Assembly: GCF_059719535.1 (NCBI RefSeq)
Contig: NZ_AP045773.1
Length of the DNA stretch: 24,000 nt
Strand: one strand, 5' to 3'
Below, piece by piece: positions 1 to 9,065 of the stretch; the first letter of the stretch is position 1, and each line of letters begins with the position of its first letter. The position numbers and the translations under genes are program-made. The notes under the pieces were generated by a model, which made no database searches, was not told the origin of the DNA, and saw only the letters and a program-made list of their open reading frames with translations.

Positions 1-156
1 CATGAACAGGCCGGTAAACGCCGGGCCAACAGCTTCCGGATCTGTGATAAGAACTGCACCTAACGCCGCTATGGGGGCAAAAAGGATAACACTGTATCCA
101 CGGTAGGCAGCCAGCATTAACAGTCCAAGCGCTGCCAGGGTGATTAATACACTCAT
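1..156 (-). CDS. GntP-family-like permease, N-terminal part only (gene runs off the left edge)
   Basis: Reverse complement from 156 reads MSVLITLAALGLLMLAAYRGYSVILFAPIAALGAVLITDPEAVGPAFTGLFM, open to the window edge. It is hydrophobic and resembles GntP-type permease N-termini. Not in the supplied ORF track because it is truncated. Confidence 0.6.
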   Translation of the reverse strand, partial: MSVLITLAALGLLMLAAYRGYSVILFAPIAALGAVLITDPEAVGPAFTGLFM

Positions 157-505
157 TGGGACACCTCAAATCGTTGTTATACCGGGGACAGCGAGAGAAG
201 TTATGGATTCTGTGTGCAACTGATTTGCCCTGCTTTGCCGGATATCAGTGCACGCCGCTGTTTTCATTCTTAACGTGTCAGGTAACCGACGCTATGACGT
301 TGCAGCAGTTCTCCGGTCACCAGAAATTCTGCCTGAGATAAAAGGGACTCCTGTGCTCCCGTTCCAGCCGGTATTGAAAATTCCGGACAGAAATATAATG
401 AGTGGTTGTAATCCTCACGTTCACCTGGCTGGCTCAGATTCCGAACAAACAGCCTCTGACCTTGTGGAAAACCAGTATTCATGCGGGTTCAGTACTACGA
501 ATTTT

Positions 506-1711
506 TCAGTATACATTGCATTCTCCGGTGGTTCTTTCCAGTGCCAGTGCCACGCCCTGACCGCCGCCGACGCACAGCGTTGCCAGCCCTTTTTGGGCAT
601 TACGTCGTGCCATTTCATAAATGAGAGTGACCAGAATGCGGCAACCGGAAGCGCCAATAGGATGCCCAAGTGCAATTGCGCCGCCGTTAACATTAACTTT
701 GTCGCTATCCCAGTTCAGTTCGTCACCAACGGCAAGCGCTTGTGCAGCGAAAGCCTCGTTAGCTTCAATAAGATCAATGTCATCCAGTGTCCATCCGCAA
801 CGTTTAAGACATTCTCTGGTAGCGGAGACCGGACCGATGCCCATAAGTGCAGGATCGACGCCAGAAACAGCATATCCTGCCACCCGAGCCAGCGCAGGGA
901 GCCCCAGTTCTGCAGCTTTGCTGGCGCGCATTAACATGACTGCGGCGGCACCATCATTGATGGAAGAGGAATTACCTGCGGTGACGCTTCCCGCCCCCGG
1001 AAGAAAGGCCGGTTTCAGTTGTGCCAGTTTTTCCAGTTGCGTCCCGGAACGTGGTTGTTCGTCGGTATTTACCTGGCGTGGTGGATTTTTACCTTGTGGT
1101 ACGTTGACCGGTGCAATTTCGTCTGCAAAGCGTCCGGTTTCGATTGCTGAAGCTGCTTTTTGCTGAGAATGTAGCGCGAATGTGTCCTGGCGCTCTCGGC
1201 TGATGGCATATTTTTGCGCCAGGTTTTCTGCAGTAATGCCCATGTGGTAATCATTGAAAGCATCCCATAGTCCGTCATGAACCAGACTGTCTTTCATACT
1301 GGTATGCCCGAGGCGTATACCAGCCCGAGCGCCATTAATAAAATAAGGGGCATTACTCATACTTTCCTGTCCACCAGCAATAATGATCTGTGCATCATCA
1401 CAACGTATTGCCTGTACGGCCTGAATTACGGCTTTCAGTCCTGAACCACAGACCTGGTTGATGGTGACGGCGGGAGTATGGTTGCTTAATCCAGCCAGAA
1501 GAGCCGTCTGGCGGGCCGGGTTTTGCCCACACCCTGCGGTCAGAACCTGCCCCAAAATCACTTCGTCTATGAGTTCTGGTGCAATAGCAGTTTTCTCCAG
1601 CAATGCCCGGATGGCGGTAGCGCCGAGATCAACTGCAGAAAGTGGTGCAAGAGAGCAAAGAAAGCTGCCAATTGGCGTACGTGTGGCGGCAACAATAACA
1701 ACGTCCTGCAT
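506..1711 (-). CDS. Acetyl-CoA C-acetyltransferase (thiolase, AtoB/PhaA-like)
   Basis: 401 aa ORF with thiolase motifs NQVCGSGLKAV (acyl Cys), GGAIALGHPIGASG and CVGGGQG. Confidence 0.96.
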   Translation of the reverse strand: MQDVVIVAATRTPIGSFLCSLAPLSAVDLGATAIRALLEKTAIAPELIDEVILGQVLTAGCGQNPARQTALLAGLSNHTPAVTINQVCGSGLKAVIQAVQAIRCDDAQIIIAGGQESMSNAPYFINGARAGIRLGHTSMKDSLVHDGLWDAFNDYHMGITAENLAQKYAISRERQDTFALHSQQKAASAIETGRFADEIAPVNVPQGKNPPRQVNTDEQPRSGTQLEKLAQLKPAFLPGAGSVTAGNSSSINDGAAAVMLMRASKAAELGLPALARVAGYAVSGVDPALMGIGPVSATRECLKRCGWTLDDIDLIEANEAFAAQALAVGDELNWDSDKVNVNGGAIALGHPIGASGCRILVTLIYEMARRNAQKGLATLCVGGGQGVALALERTTGECNVY

Positions 1712-1720
1712 GGTATCTCC

Positions 1721-2377
1721 TCAGTTGAATCGCATTTCCGGGACATGTTCTGGCACAAATAACTTACCGGCGGTTCTGGTGACGATTTCCTCAATGCTGA
1801 CTCCCGGAGCTCGCTCGCGAAGAATGAATGTTCCATCAGCGATATCCAGCAGAGCAAGGTCAGTTAAGACACGTTTGATACAGCCGACGCCAGTCAACGG
1901 CAAGGTACAGTTGGGAAGCAGTTTGGATTCGCCGGATTTGGAGGCGTGGGTCATTACCACAATAATATTCTCGGCACCGGCAACCAGATCCATGGCACCG
2001 CCCATGCCTTTAACCATCTTGCCGGGGATCATCCATGAGGCAATGTTGCCATTCACATCCACTTCAAATGCGCCAAGCACAGTCAGATCCACATGACCAC
2101 CACGGATCATGGCGAACGATTGCGCCGAATCGAAAATTGCCGCGCCTTTCCGCGCGGTAACGGTTTGTTTACCTGCATTAATCATGTCGGCGTCCAGTTC
2201 TTCTTCCATTGGAAATGCGCCCATTCCCAGCAAACCGTTTTCTGAGTGCAACATCACATCCATCCCGTCAGGAATGTAGTTTGCCACCAGAGTAGGGATA
2301 CCAATGCCGAGATTAACGTAATAGCCATCGCGCAATTCGCGGGCGACACGCATAGCCATTTGTTCACGGGTTAACAT
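1721..2377 (-). CDS. 3-oxoacid/acetate CoA-transferase subunit B (AtoA/ScoB-like)
   Basis: 218 aa ORF with [14 protein letters not shown], the SENGLLGMG active-site Glu motif and [20 protein letters not shown]. Ends 9 bp before the thiolase start. Confidence 0.95.
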   Translation of the reverse strand: MLTREQMAMRVARELRDGYYVNLGIGIPTLVANYIPDGMDVMLHSENGLLGMGAFPMEEELDADMINAGKQTVTARKGAAIFDSAQSFAMIRGGHVDLTVLGAFEVDVNGNIASWMIPGKMVKGMGGAMDLVAGAENIIVVMTHASKSGESKLLPNCTLPLTGVGCIKRVLTDLALLDIADGTFILRERAPGVSIEEIVTRTAGKLFVPEHVPEMRFN

Positions 2378-2379
2378 GG

Positions 2380-3087
2380 TCAGGCTCCTTTACGGCTAAG
2401 AGTGCGTTGTTCAATACGTTTTTCAAATTTTCCCTGAATGACACGATTGACAAAAATTCCAGGGGTATGGATAGTGGCAGGCTCAAGTTCACCAGGTGGC
2501 ACAATTTCTTCCACTTCCACCACTGTGATTTTTCCGGCTGCAGCCATCAGTGGGTTGAAGTTTTGCGCGGTATGACGATAAATCACGTTGCCGTACCAGT
2601 CGGCTTTCCAGCCTTTCACAAGGGCAAAATCTCCAGTGATAGCCTGTTCCATGATGTACGGGCGACCGTTGAATTCGCGGACCTCTTTCCCTTCGGCAAC
2701 GGGAGTACCGTAACCGGTGGCAGTAAAGAAGGCCGGAATGCCCGCGCCGCCTGCGCGCAGTTGTTCTGCCAGGGTTCCTTGTGGTGTGAGAATCACTTCC
2801 AGTTCACCGTTAAGTACCTGTTTTTCAAATAAAGCATTTTCTCCAACATAAGAAGCGACGACTTTACGGATTTGTCGGGTTTCCAGCAGCACACCTAGTC
2901 CAAAACCATCTACACCACAGTTATTGGAAACCACCGTTAATCCGGTTACTCCGCGGTGGCTAACTTCTGCAATCAGATTCTCCGGGATGCCGCACAGGCC
3001 AAAACCTCCCGCCAGAATTGTCATCTCACTGGTAAGTCCTTCAAGCGCCTCATGATAAGTAGCGACCCGTTTATCCAGTCCAGCCAT
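2380..3087 (-). CDS. 3-oxoacid/acetate CoA-transferase subunit A (AtoD/ScoA-like)
   Basis: 235 aa ORF with [43 protein letters not shown] and [11 protein letters not shown]. Directly abuts subunit B. Confidence 0.95.
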   Translation of the reverse strand: MAGLDKRVATYHEALEGLTSEMTILAGGFGLCGIPENLIAEVSHRGVTGLTVVSNNCGVDGFGLGVLLETRQIRKVVASYVGENALFEKQVLNGELEVILTPQGTLAEQLRAGGAGIPAFFTATGYGTPVAEGKEVREFNGRPYIMEQAITGDFALVKGWKADWYGNVIYRHTAQNFNPLMAAAGKITVVEVEEIVPPGELEPATIHTPGIFVNRVIQGKFEKRIEQRTLSRKGA

Positions 3088-3228
3088 ACAGTTGCCCTCC
3101 AGTTGTCCTTTCCAACATCATTAAGGGCAAAAAATGATTTGTTAATTTTAAATTTGTGATTCATTCATTTGTTTTGTTTATTGATCTGGTGTGAATTAAA
3201 TGCTTTCAAAAAGTTAATTGGATGCTGT

Positions 3229-4116
3229 ATGAAAATGAGTATTAAGCAGTTACGTGCGTTTTTAGCGGTAGCTCACACTCTGAACTTTGCTCATGCCAGT
3301 GAGCGGCTGAATATGTCACAGCCTGCGCTGAGTCTAGCCATTAAAGGACTGGAAGATGCTTTAGGGGGCGCTTTACTGTTGCGTACTACGCGAAAAGTGA
3401 CGTTAACCCAGGAGGGGGAAACACTATTGTCAATGGCTAGGCCGTTGCTGGCTGACTGGGATAACACCGAAGAGATCATGCGTCAGCGATTCACGCTCAG
3501 GCGAGGTAAAGTCTCGGTGGCAGCGATGCCGTCATTTGCAGCCAACGTTCTGCCTACGGTGCTGAAAACCTTCCGCGATTGTTATTCAGGGATTAATGTC
3601 ACCGTGCACGATGTGGTGAATGAGCAGGTGATCGAAATGGTGAGTGAAGGGCGCGTGGAGATGGGGATTGCCTTTGAACCTGACAATAGTGACCGTTTTC
3701 ATTTTACAGCATTGGGAGTCGATCGATTTGTCGCTATTGTTCCTGCTGATTCCCGACTGGCAAATCGGAAGCACGTGAGCTGGCGGGATTTGCTGACGCT
3801 TGATTTTATCACTCTTCAGCGGCCGTCAGCCGTCAGGTTTATGCTGGAAGAGCAGTTGGCACAAAGTGGAATGCAACTGGAAGTCGCAATGGAAAGCCAT
3901 CAACTTGTTACGGTTGGACGGCTGGTGGCAAATGGTTTGGGAGGAAGTGCTGTGCCGGCACTGTGTCGCAGGCAGATGGGGGAACAGGGCGCAGTGTGTC
4001 TGGAGCTGGATAATCCTGTGATTGAGAAACGGGTAGGTGTACTGCGTTCGCCACACCATAAACTTTCTACTGCGGCGCAAGCACTGATGAACGCATTAAA
4101 AGAATATTATGGTTAA
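3229..4116 (+). CDS. LysR-family transcriptional regulator, divergent from the CoA-transferase/thiolase operon
   Basis: N-terminal LysR helix-turn-helix MSIKQLRAFLAVAHTLNFAHASERLNMSQPALSLAIKGLEDALGGALLLRTTRKVTLTQEG, followed by an effector-binding domain. Start ATG taken at 3229, inside the longer ORF opened at 3169. Confidence 0.92.
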   Translation: MKMSIKQLRAFLAVAHTLNFAHASERLNMSQPALSLAIKGLEDALGGALLLRTTRKVTLTQEGETLLSMARPLLADWDNTEEIMRQRFTLRRGKVSVAAMPSFAANVLPTVLKTFRDCYSGINVTVHDVVNEQVIEMVSEGRVEMGIAFEPDNSDRFHFTALGVDRFVAIVPADSRLANRKHVSWRDLLTLDFITLQRPSAVRFMLEEQLAQSGMQLEVAMESHQLVTVGRLVANGLGGSAVPALCRRQMGEQGAVCLELDNPVIEKRVGVLRSPHHKLSTAAQALMNALKEYYG

Positions 4117-4764
4117 TCTTTCCATCCAACGGCGGGTGCACAGAAATGTTAAAAAATATGTGTGCAAATGACGGTAATGTGTTAAAAGAACATTGCGCGT
4201 TTCCGGTACGCTCTTCGTAACTAACAATGCAGGGTGACGTAACGCTGGTTGTGCCGGAGACGCGTGTTGTCCTTTTTATCTTTGCCTCCTGTCTTTTTCT
4301 TTTTTATTTAATATCATTATTTTTATTAATTATACCTGAATAAACATGAAGCCTCTCCGTGATATAACAGTACGGTATGAAGGTGTCTCACCGTGCTTAT
4401 TTACGGAAGCCGGGGGAAGATATCAGCGCAAGAGTGTCACGACGTTTTTTCAGGTTTTAACGTAAAAATGTTATTTTATTTATTCCCGCCTGTATGACCT
4501 CATCCACAGAATGATAAAAACGCATCAAAAACCACACATATTTTACTTATTATTGTTTTGGCAGCATTAACATCTGCCCCGCACATTCACTCTGAGATTA
4601 AATGTCATGATGCCGGCATTATACAGACCGGTGTCTGTGCTGAAGTCATGGTGCCGTGTTGATGTAACGGAATGTTTTCAGTATTTTTAAAATAAATATT
4701 ATCTGTTAAATATTTAATTTATTACCACCATGACGGGCCGTCAGCGTTATTCAGGGAGGTGCCT

Positions 4765-5094
4765 TTGGGGATATATCACAGTCGTGTCGCCGGGATATAT
4801 GACACGCCCGGAAGCATGTCAGATGCACATTTTGAAATACTTGCCGCGCTTTCTCCCGTTAACAGTAAAAAGGTTATCCTGGCGCTGAGGGATTATTTTG
4901 TTCTGGGTCTGACGCGCAGGGAAGCCTGTGAAAATCATGATGTGGCACAGGGGTATTTTTCAGTGAGTCTGCGGAAATTACTGGAAACCAACCGCCTTGT
5001 GGCGGAGCTGGCTGTTTATTATCAGCCGTCACATCAGGCGCATCAGGAGAATGAAAACAGAGAGGAGGCACATCACCGGCAGTATTACCGGTAA
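4765..5094 (+). CDS. PapB/FocB-family adhesin operon regulator homologue (orphan)
   Basis: PGSMSDAHFEILAALSPVNSKKVILALRDYFVLGLTRREACENHDVAQGYFSVSLRKLLETNRLVAELAVYY resembles PapB (PGSMSEMHF...RVILAMKDYLVGGHSRKEVCEKY...GFFSTTLGRL..LAPYY). The 4759 GTG overlaps the GGGAGG Shine-Dalgarno-like sequence, so TTG at 4765 is a more plausible start. Confidence 0.78.
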   Translation: MGIYHSRVAGIYDTPGSMSDAHFEILAALSPVNSKKVILALRDYFVLGLTRREACENHDVAQGYFSVSLRKLLETNRLVAELAVYYQPSHQAHQENENREEAHHRQYYR

Positions 5095-5151
5095 TCAGGC
5101 CATTTACAGTAAACAGTGGCAGCACCGGAGACTGGTACAGAACAGATGTGA

Positions 5152-5383
5152 GTGGCTGGCTGGGGATTAGTTACAATTTCTGAACGCCGTGAGAAGGGGA
5201 AGCCGGGGAGGTGTCCGGGCAGGAACGGACTTTTTTGTTCAGGAAAGCCCGGGACAGACCGGCTATGCCGCGACCAGAGCAGCACTGACTGGCATTATGC
5301 ATTCCCTGGTTCATCAGGTGTCCCGTTTCGGGATCAGAATCAATACGGCAGCGCCGGGGGCTTATGGAATAATGTTCTGGTGA
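5152..5383 (+). pseudogene. Remnant of a short-chain dehydrogenase/reductase (SDR)
   Basis: The ORF 5189..5383 encodes GYAATRAALTGIMHSLVHQVSRFGIRINTAAPGAYG, resembling the SDR YxxxK...gIRvNxxaPG segment. VTISERR from the alternate frame 5152.. may be the preceding strand. No Rossmann GxxxGxG N-terminus found. Confidence 0.45.
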
Positions 5384-5542
5384 AATCGTCCTGACGCGTT
5401 TCTGGGCTCGTCGTCAGTGATTTATGCGAATGATTGCCGCCCTGCGATGGTTGATTTATGAGTAATCATGCTCAGCCACAGTGAAGAACAGCACCAGTCA
5501 TGGTATGATTTCTCCCATAAAAAACAGCCGACATTCTCACAA

Positions 5543-5622
5543 TGCCGGCCAAATCTTATATGCAAATATTAACCATGCAGTTACAGGGGGTAACCGCAGG
5601 AACATGCTAAGGTCCGGTAACA
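5543..5622 (+). repeat. Copy A of a dispersed ~80 bp repeat
   Basis: Shares the exact 24-mer CAGTTACAGGGGGTAACCGCAGGA (5578-5601) with copy B, plus flanking similarity (CGGCCA..., ATATTAACC, GCTA.G.TCCGG.TAACAG). The core contains the inverted repeat GTTAC/GTAAC. Confidence 0.7.
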
Positions 5623-6239
5623 GTGACGGCAAGCGCGACTGACTTATTTAACGTATCAAAATTTGCTCCTGATCATTGAGAGGACATACCGGGATAAATC
5701 CTGATCGATCCTGCTCTAACATCACGGTATTTCTGCAGGACTGTGCCCGTTCGCGAGATGATATACAGTGACGGAATGAATAATTCAGGGCTTTATTACC
5801 GGAATGAAGATGTGTTCAGGATGATGCCATCACATCCGTCAGATGCCCGATTAGCATCATGACCATAAAGCTGGAATACAGCGCGTTTCCGACAGTGACA
5901 TCAACATAAACTATCAGTAACGTTAATTGCATCAGAAACGCGCGGGAGGATTTTGCCCCTGTGCATAACGACTTGTCCATGGGAAATACATAAATTTAAT
6001 AAAAAAGAAAAATGTGGTTGTGAATATTATAATATCCCGGGCAACGCTCCTGATTTTTCTCAATACACATTTTCCTCACGTATTTGTTCTTCACAGAGCA
6101 ATCAGCATCTGTTACTGCCTGGCGAATATGAGTATTAAAAAAGAGTAAGCCAAAGAAAGAATAATGGGGAGTTGTTGAACTGGAGGGATGTTGCAGATGC
6201 TGCGTGTTGAATCATACAAAGGGCCGACATCTTCATGGT

Positions 6240-6319
6240 GTCGGCCAGTCATAAGTGCCAGATATTAACCGTCAGTTACAGGGGGTAACCGCAGGAGACA
6301 GGCTACGCTCCGGGTAACA
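6240..6319 (+). repeat. Copy B of the dispersed ~80 bp repeat
   Basis: Exact 24-mer CAGTTACAGGGGGTAACCGCAGGA at 6273-6296, in the same orientation as copy A about 695 bp away. Confidence 0.7.
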
Positions 6320-6639
6320 GGTTATCAATAGTTATTTATTTGCTTAATTTAATGAATTTTGTTCTGCATCATTGCGCTTTCTTACTGGTATAAATAATGA
6401 TCGATCGCTTTTCGCATGAGCATCAGAATTTGTCGTAATTTGAGGCATGGATGCTGTACATACAGGAATATGTTCTGTCAGCGACAGATTGCCGGTGCTG
6501 ATCGGAATGTTCAGGCAGGATGGTGAGATTACTACTGATATTGCTGTGCTGATGGCAGAATGGTAAACGTTAAATGCGCGTTCCCGGCAATGAAGGCAAA
6601 CACGTCATAACAGCATTCAGTTATATACGCTGAGTATGG

Positions 6640-6661
6640 AGAGCCCGTTCGTTCGGGCTCT
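6640..6661 (-). terminator. Hairpin downstream of the YebF-like gene, possible terminator
   Basis: AGAGCCCG-ttcgtt-CGGGCTCT, a perfect 8-bp stem 19 bp past the 3' end of the minus-strand CDS. No clear U-tract. Confidence 0.4.
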
Positions 6662-6679
6662 GTATTTAGCTTCATTCGT

Positions 6680-7033
6680 TCATCCCTTGCGTTGCCAGGT
6701 GGCACTTCCGTTCTTGCAGTCAACGCGCACACGATACTGAATATCTGCTTTCTTTCCACGGGCAGTGAGATGCACTGTGATGACATTATCACCTTTATTT
6801 ACCGGCTCACGAAGATTCACCCAGACAACGGGACGCTGCTGACCGAGAATTTCCTGATCATCTTTCCACTGAAATACCTGTTTCTGGAGATAGTCCCGTT
6901 TGACGCTGGCTGCAACAGCTGATGCTTCCTGTACTTCACATCGTGGAAAACTGACGGTTCTGTTTTTTTCAGCGGCCAGTGATGATGCACAGATACCGAA
7001 GATGAGCAGAATGGAAGAGAGTGCTTTGTTCAT
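6680..7033 (-). CDS. YebF-like secreted/periplasmic protein (YebF/Cmi superfamily)
   Basis: 117 aa with a signal peptide ([21 protein letters not shown]). The mature part ([51 protein letters not shown]...[21 protein letters not shown]) closely resembles recalled E. coli YebF ([49 protein letters not shown]...[21 protein letters not shown]), with both Cys retained. Confidence 0.85.
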   Translation of the reverse strand: [117 protein letters not shown]

Positions 7034-7236
7034 TTACAGGACCTCCACAGGGGATAGTTTCATTGCGGAGTTACATTTTAACAACGTAAAACAGCATTTC
7101 CCGTAACAATCCTCACATAACGTCTTATCCCGTCACTTCCCGTTTCACATGGACAGAACAGTCTGTTTTTTAACCCGTTTTTTCAGTCATTTCCATAAAC
7201 AAATCTTCGCTGATGATAAATCTTTTTTCTGCTTAA

Positions 7237-7255
7237 CGATCGATTTTGTCGATCG
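7237..7255. promoter_or_regulatory. Palindrome in the divergent intergenic region
   Basis: CGATCGA-ttttg-TCGATCG, a perfect 7-bp inverted repeat followed by another CGATAC-GATC, lying between the YebF-like and Tia/Hek-like genes. Confidence 0.4.
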
Positions 7256-7718
7256 ATACGATCTGTACAATTCATTTTACCAATGAGAAATCCGTCTTAA
7301 AATTGGACAAATTCATATGTCTGAAGGAAACATCAGGAGAGGTGGATTGTGAAAAAGTTACTGGCACTCACTGCGGTAGCTGCGCTTACCGGTACGTTTT
7401 CAACGCTGACGCTGGCAGATGCGGATAAAACCGGTTTCTATATCACGGGTAAGGCTGGTGCATCTGTTATCACTCAGGATAATCAGCGCTTTAGTCAGGA
7501 CTTTGGGGATGATGTTTATAAGTATAAAGGCGGTGACAAGAGCGATACGGTTTTTGGTGCTGGCCTTGCGGTGGGATACGACTTTTATCAGCACTACAAT
7601 GTCCCTGTACGCACGGAAGTTGAATTCTATGGTCGCGGCTCTGCGAATTCCCGCTATCCACTGGATACATGGGAGTCCCCGTCTGGAGATAATGGTTGGA
7701 AGGAAGACACACAAAACA

Positions 7719-7727
7719 GGCTCAGCG
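7719..7727. repeat. IS10 target-site duplication, left copy (GGCTCAGCG)
   Basis: 9-bp sequence identical to 9057-9065. Fits the IS10 preferred target NGCTNAGCN. Confidence 0.97.
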
Positions 7728-7740
7728 CTGAGAGATCCCC

Positions 7741-8949
7741 TCATAATTTCCCCAAAGCGTAACCATGTGTGAATAAATTTTGAGCTAGTAGGGTTGCAGC
7801 CACGAGTAAGTCTTCCCTTGTTATTGTGTAGCCAGAATGCCGCAAAACTTCCATGCCTAAGCGAATTGTTGAGAGTACGTTTCGATTTCTGACTGTGTTA
7901 GCCTGGAAGTGCTTGTCCCAACCTTGTTTCTGAGCATGAACGCCCGCAAGCCAACATGTTAGTTGAAGCATCAGGGCGATTAGCAGCATGATATCAAAAC
8001 GCTCTGAGCTGCTCGTTCGGCTATGGCGTAGGCCTAGTCCGTAGGCAGGACTTTTCAAGTCTCGGAAGGTTTCTTCAATCTGCATTCGCTTCGAATAGAT
8101 ATTAACAAGTTGTTTGGGTGTTCGAATTTCAACAGGTAAGTTAGTTGCTAGAACCCATGGCTCCTTTGCCGACGCTGAGTAGATTTTAGGTGACGGGTGG
8201 TGACAATGAGTCCGTGTCGAGCGCTGATTTTTTCGGCCTTTAGAGCGAGATTTATACAATAGAATTTGGCATGAGATTGGATTGCTTTTAGTCAGCCTCT
8301 TATAGCCTAAAGTCTTTGAGTGACTAGATGACATATCATGTAAGTTGCTGATAGGTTTCCAGTTTTCCGCTCCTAGGTCTGCATATTGTACTTTTCCTCT
8401 TACTCGACTTAACCAGTACCAACCCAGCTTCTCAACGGATTTATACCATGGCACTTTAAAGCCAGCATCACTGACAATGAGCGGTGTGGTGTTACTCGGT
8501 AGAATGCTCGCAAGGTCGGCTAGAAATTGGTCATGAGCTTTCTTTGAACATTGCTCTGAAAGCGGGAACGCTTTCTCATAAAGAGTAACAGAACGACCGT
8601 GTAGTGCGACTGAAGCTCGCAATACCATAAGTCGTTTTTGCTCACGAATATCAGACCAGTCAACAAGTACAATGGGCATCGTATTGCCCGAACAGATAAA
8701 GCTAGCATGCCAACGGTATACAGCGAGTCGCTCTTTGTGGAGGTGACGATTACCTAACAATCGGTCGATTCGTTTGATGTTATGTTTTGTTCTCGCTTTG
8801 GTTGGCAGGTTACGGCCAAGTTCGGTAAGAGTGAGAGTTTTACAGTCAAGTAATGCGTGGCAAGCCAACGTTAAGCTGTTGAGTCGTTTTAAGTGTAATT
8901 CGGGGCAGAATTGGTAAAGAGAGTCGTGTAAAATATCGAGTTCGCACAT
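7741..8949 (-). CDS. IS10 transposase
   Basis: 402 aa MCELDILHDSLYQFCPELHLKRLNSLTLACHALLDCKTLTLTELGRNLPTKARTKHNIKR..., recognised as Tn10/IS10-R transposase. The YREK-type region ..IYSKRMQIEETFRDLKS is present. Confidence 0.98.
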   Translation of the reverse strand: MCELDILHDSLYQFCPELHLKRLNSLTLACHALLDCKTLTLTELGRNLPTKARTKHNIKRIDRLLGNRHLHKERLAVYRWHASFICSGNTMPIVLVDWSDIREQKRLMVLRASVALHGRSVTLYEKAFPLSEQCSKKAHDQFLADLASILPSNTTPLIVSDAGFKVPWYKSVEKLGWYWLSRVRGKVQYADLGAENWKPISNLHDMSSSHSKTLGYKRLTKSNPISCQILLYKSRSKGRKNQRSTRTHCHHPSPKIYSASAKEPWVLATNLPVEIRTPKQLVNIYSKRMQIEETFRDLKSPAYGLGLRHSRTSSSERFDIMLLIALMLQLTCWLAGVHAQKQGWDKHFQANTVRNRNVLSTIRLGMEVLRHSGYTITREDLLVAATLLAQNLFTHGYALGKL

Positions 8950-9010
8950 CTTGTTGTCTGATTATTGATTTTTCGCGAAACCATTTGATCATATGACAAG
9001 ATGTGTATCC
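8942..9010 (+). ncRNA. IS10 RNA-OUT antisense regulator of transposase translation
   Basis: TCGCACATCTTGTTGTCTGATTATTGATTTTTCGCGAAACCATTTGATCATATGACAAGATGTGTATC covers the transposase start and folds on itself (CACATCTTGT/ACAAGATGTG). Matches the known position of RNA-OUT; ends approximate. Confidence 0.78.
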
Positions 9011-9056
9011 ACCTTAACTTAATGATTTTTACCAAAATCATTAGGGGATTCATCAG

Positions 9057-9065
9057 GGCTCAGCG
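9057..9065. repeat. IS10 target-site duplication, right copy (GGCTCAGCG)
   Basis: Identical to 7719-7727, immediately after the ...TTCATCAG IS end. Confidence 0.97.

Larger units (their letters stand above)
7728..9056 (-). mobile_element. IS10-Right (IS4 family), complete, 1329 bp
   Basis: Ends CTGAGAGATCCCC... and ...GGGGATTCATCAG. Length is exactly 1329 bp with a 9-bp TSD on both sides and a full-length transposase. Confidence 0.98.

Noticed and set aside
621-1166. Long + strand ORF of 181 aa opposite the thiolase gene
   Set aside because: Low-complexity Ser/Ala/Arg-rich translation, antisense to a strongly supported thiolase; shadow ORF. The same applies to 248-934 and 1458-2096.
5953-6138. 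61 aa ORF MPLCITTCPWEIHKFNKKEKCGCEYYNIPGN...
   Set aside because: Located in degraded non-coding DNA without a ribosome-binding site or recognisable homology.
7741-7772. C-terminal extension of the adhesin ORFs running into IS10 (e.g. 7349-7762, 7419-7772)
   Set aside because: These are read-through artefacts from host sequence into the IS end. The true frame resumes at 9066.
8345-8708. Small ORFs within IS10 other than the transposase
   Set aside because: They overlap the known transposase coding frame; IS10 encodes a single protein.
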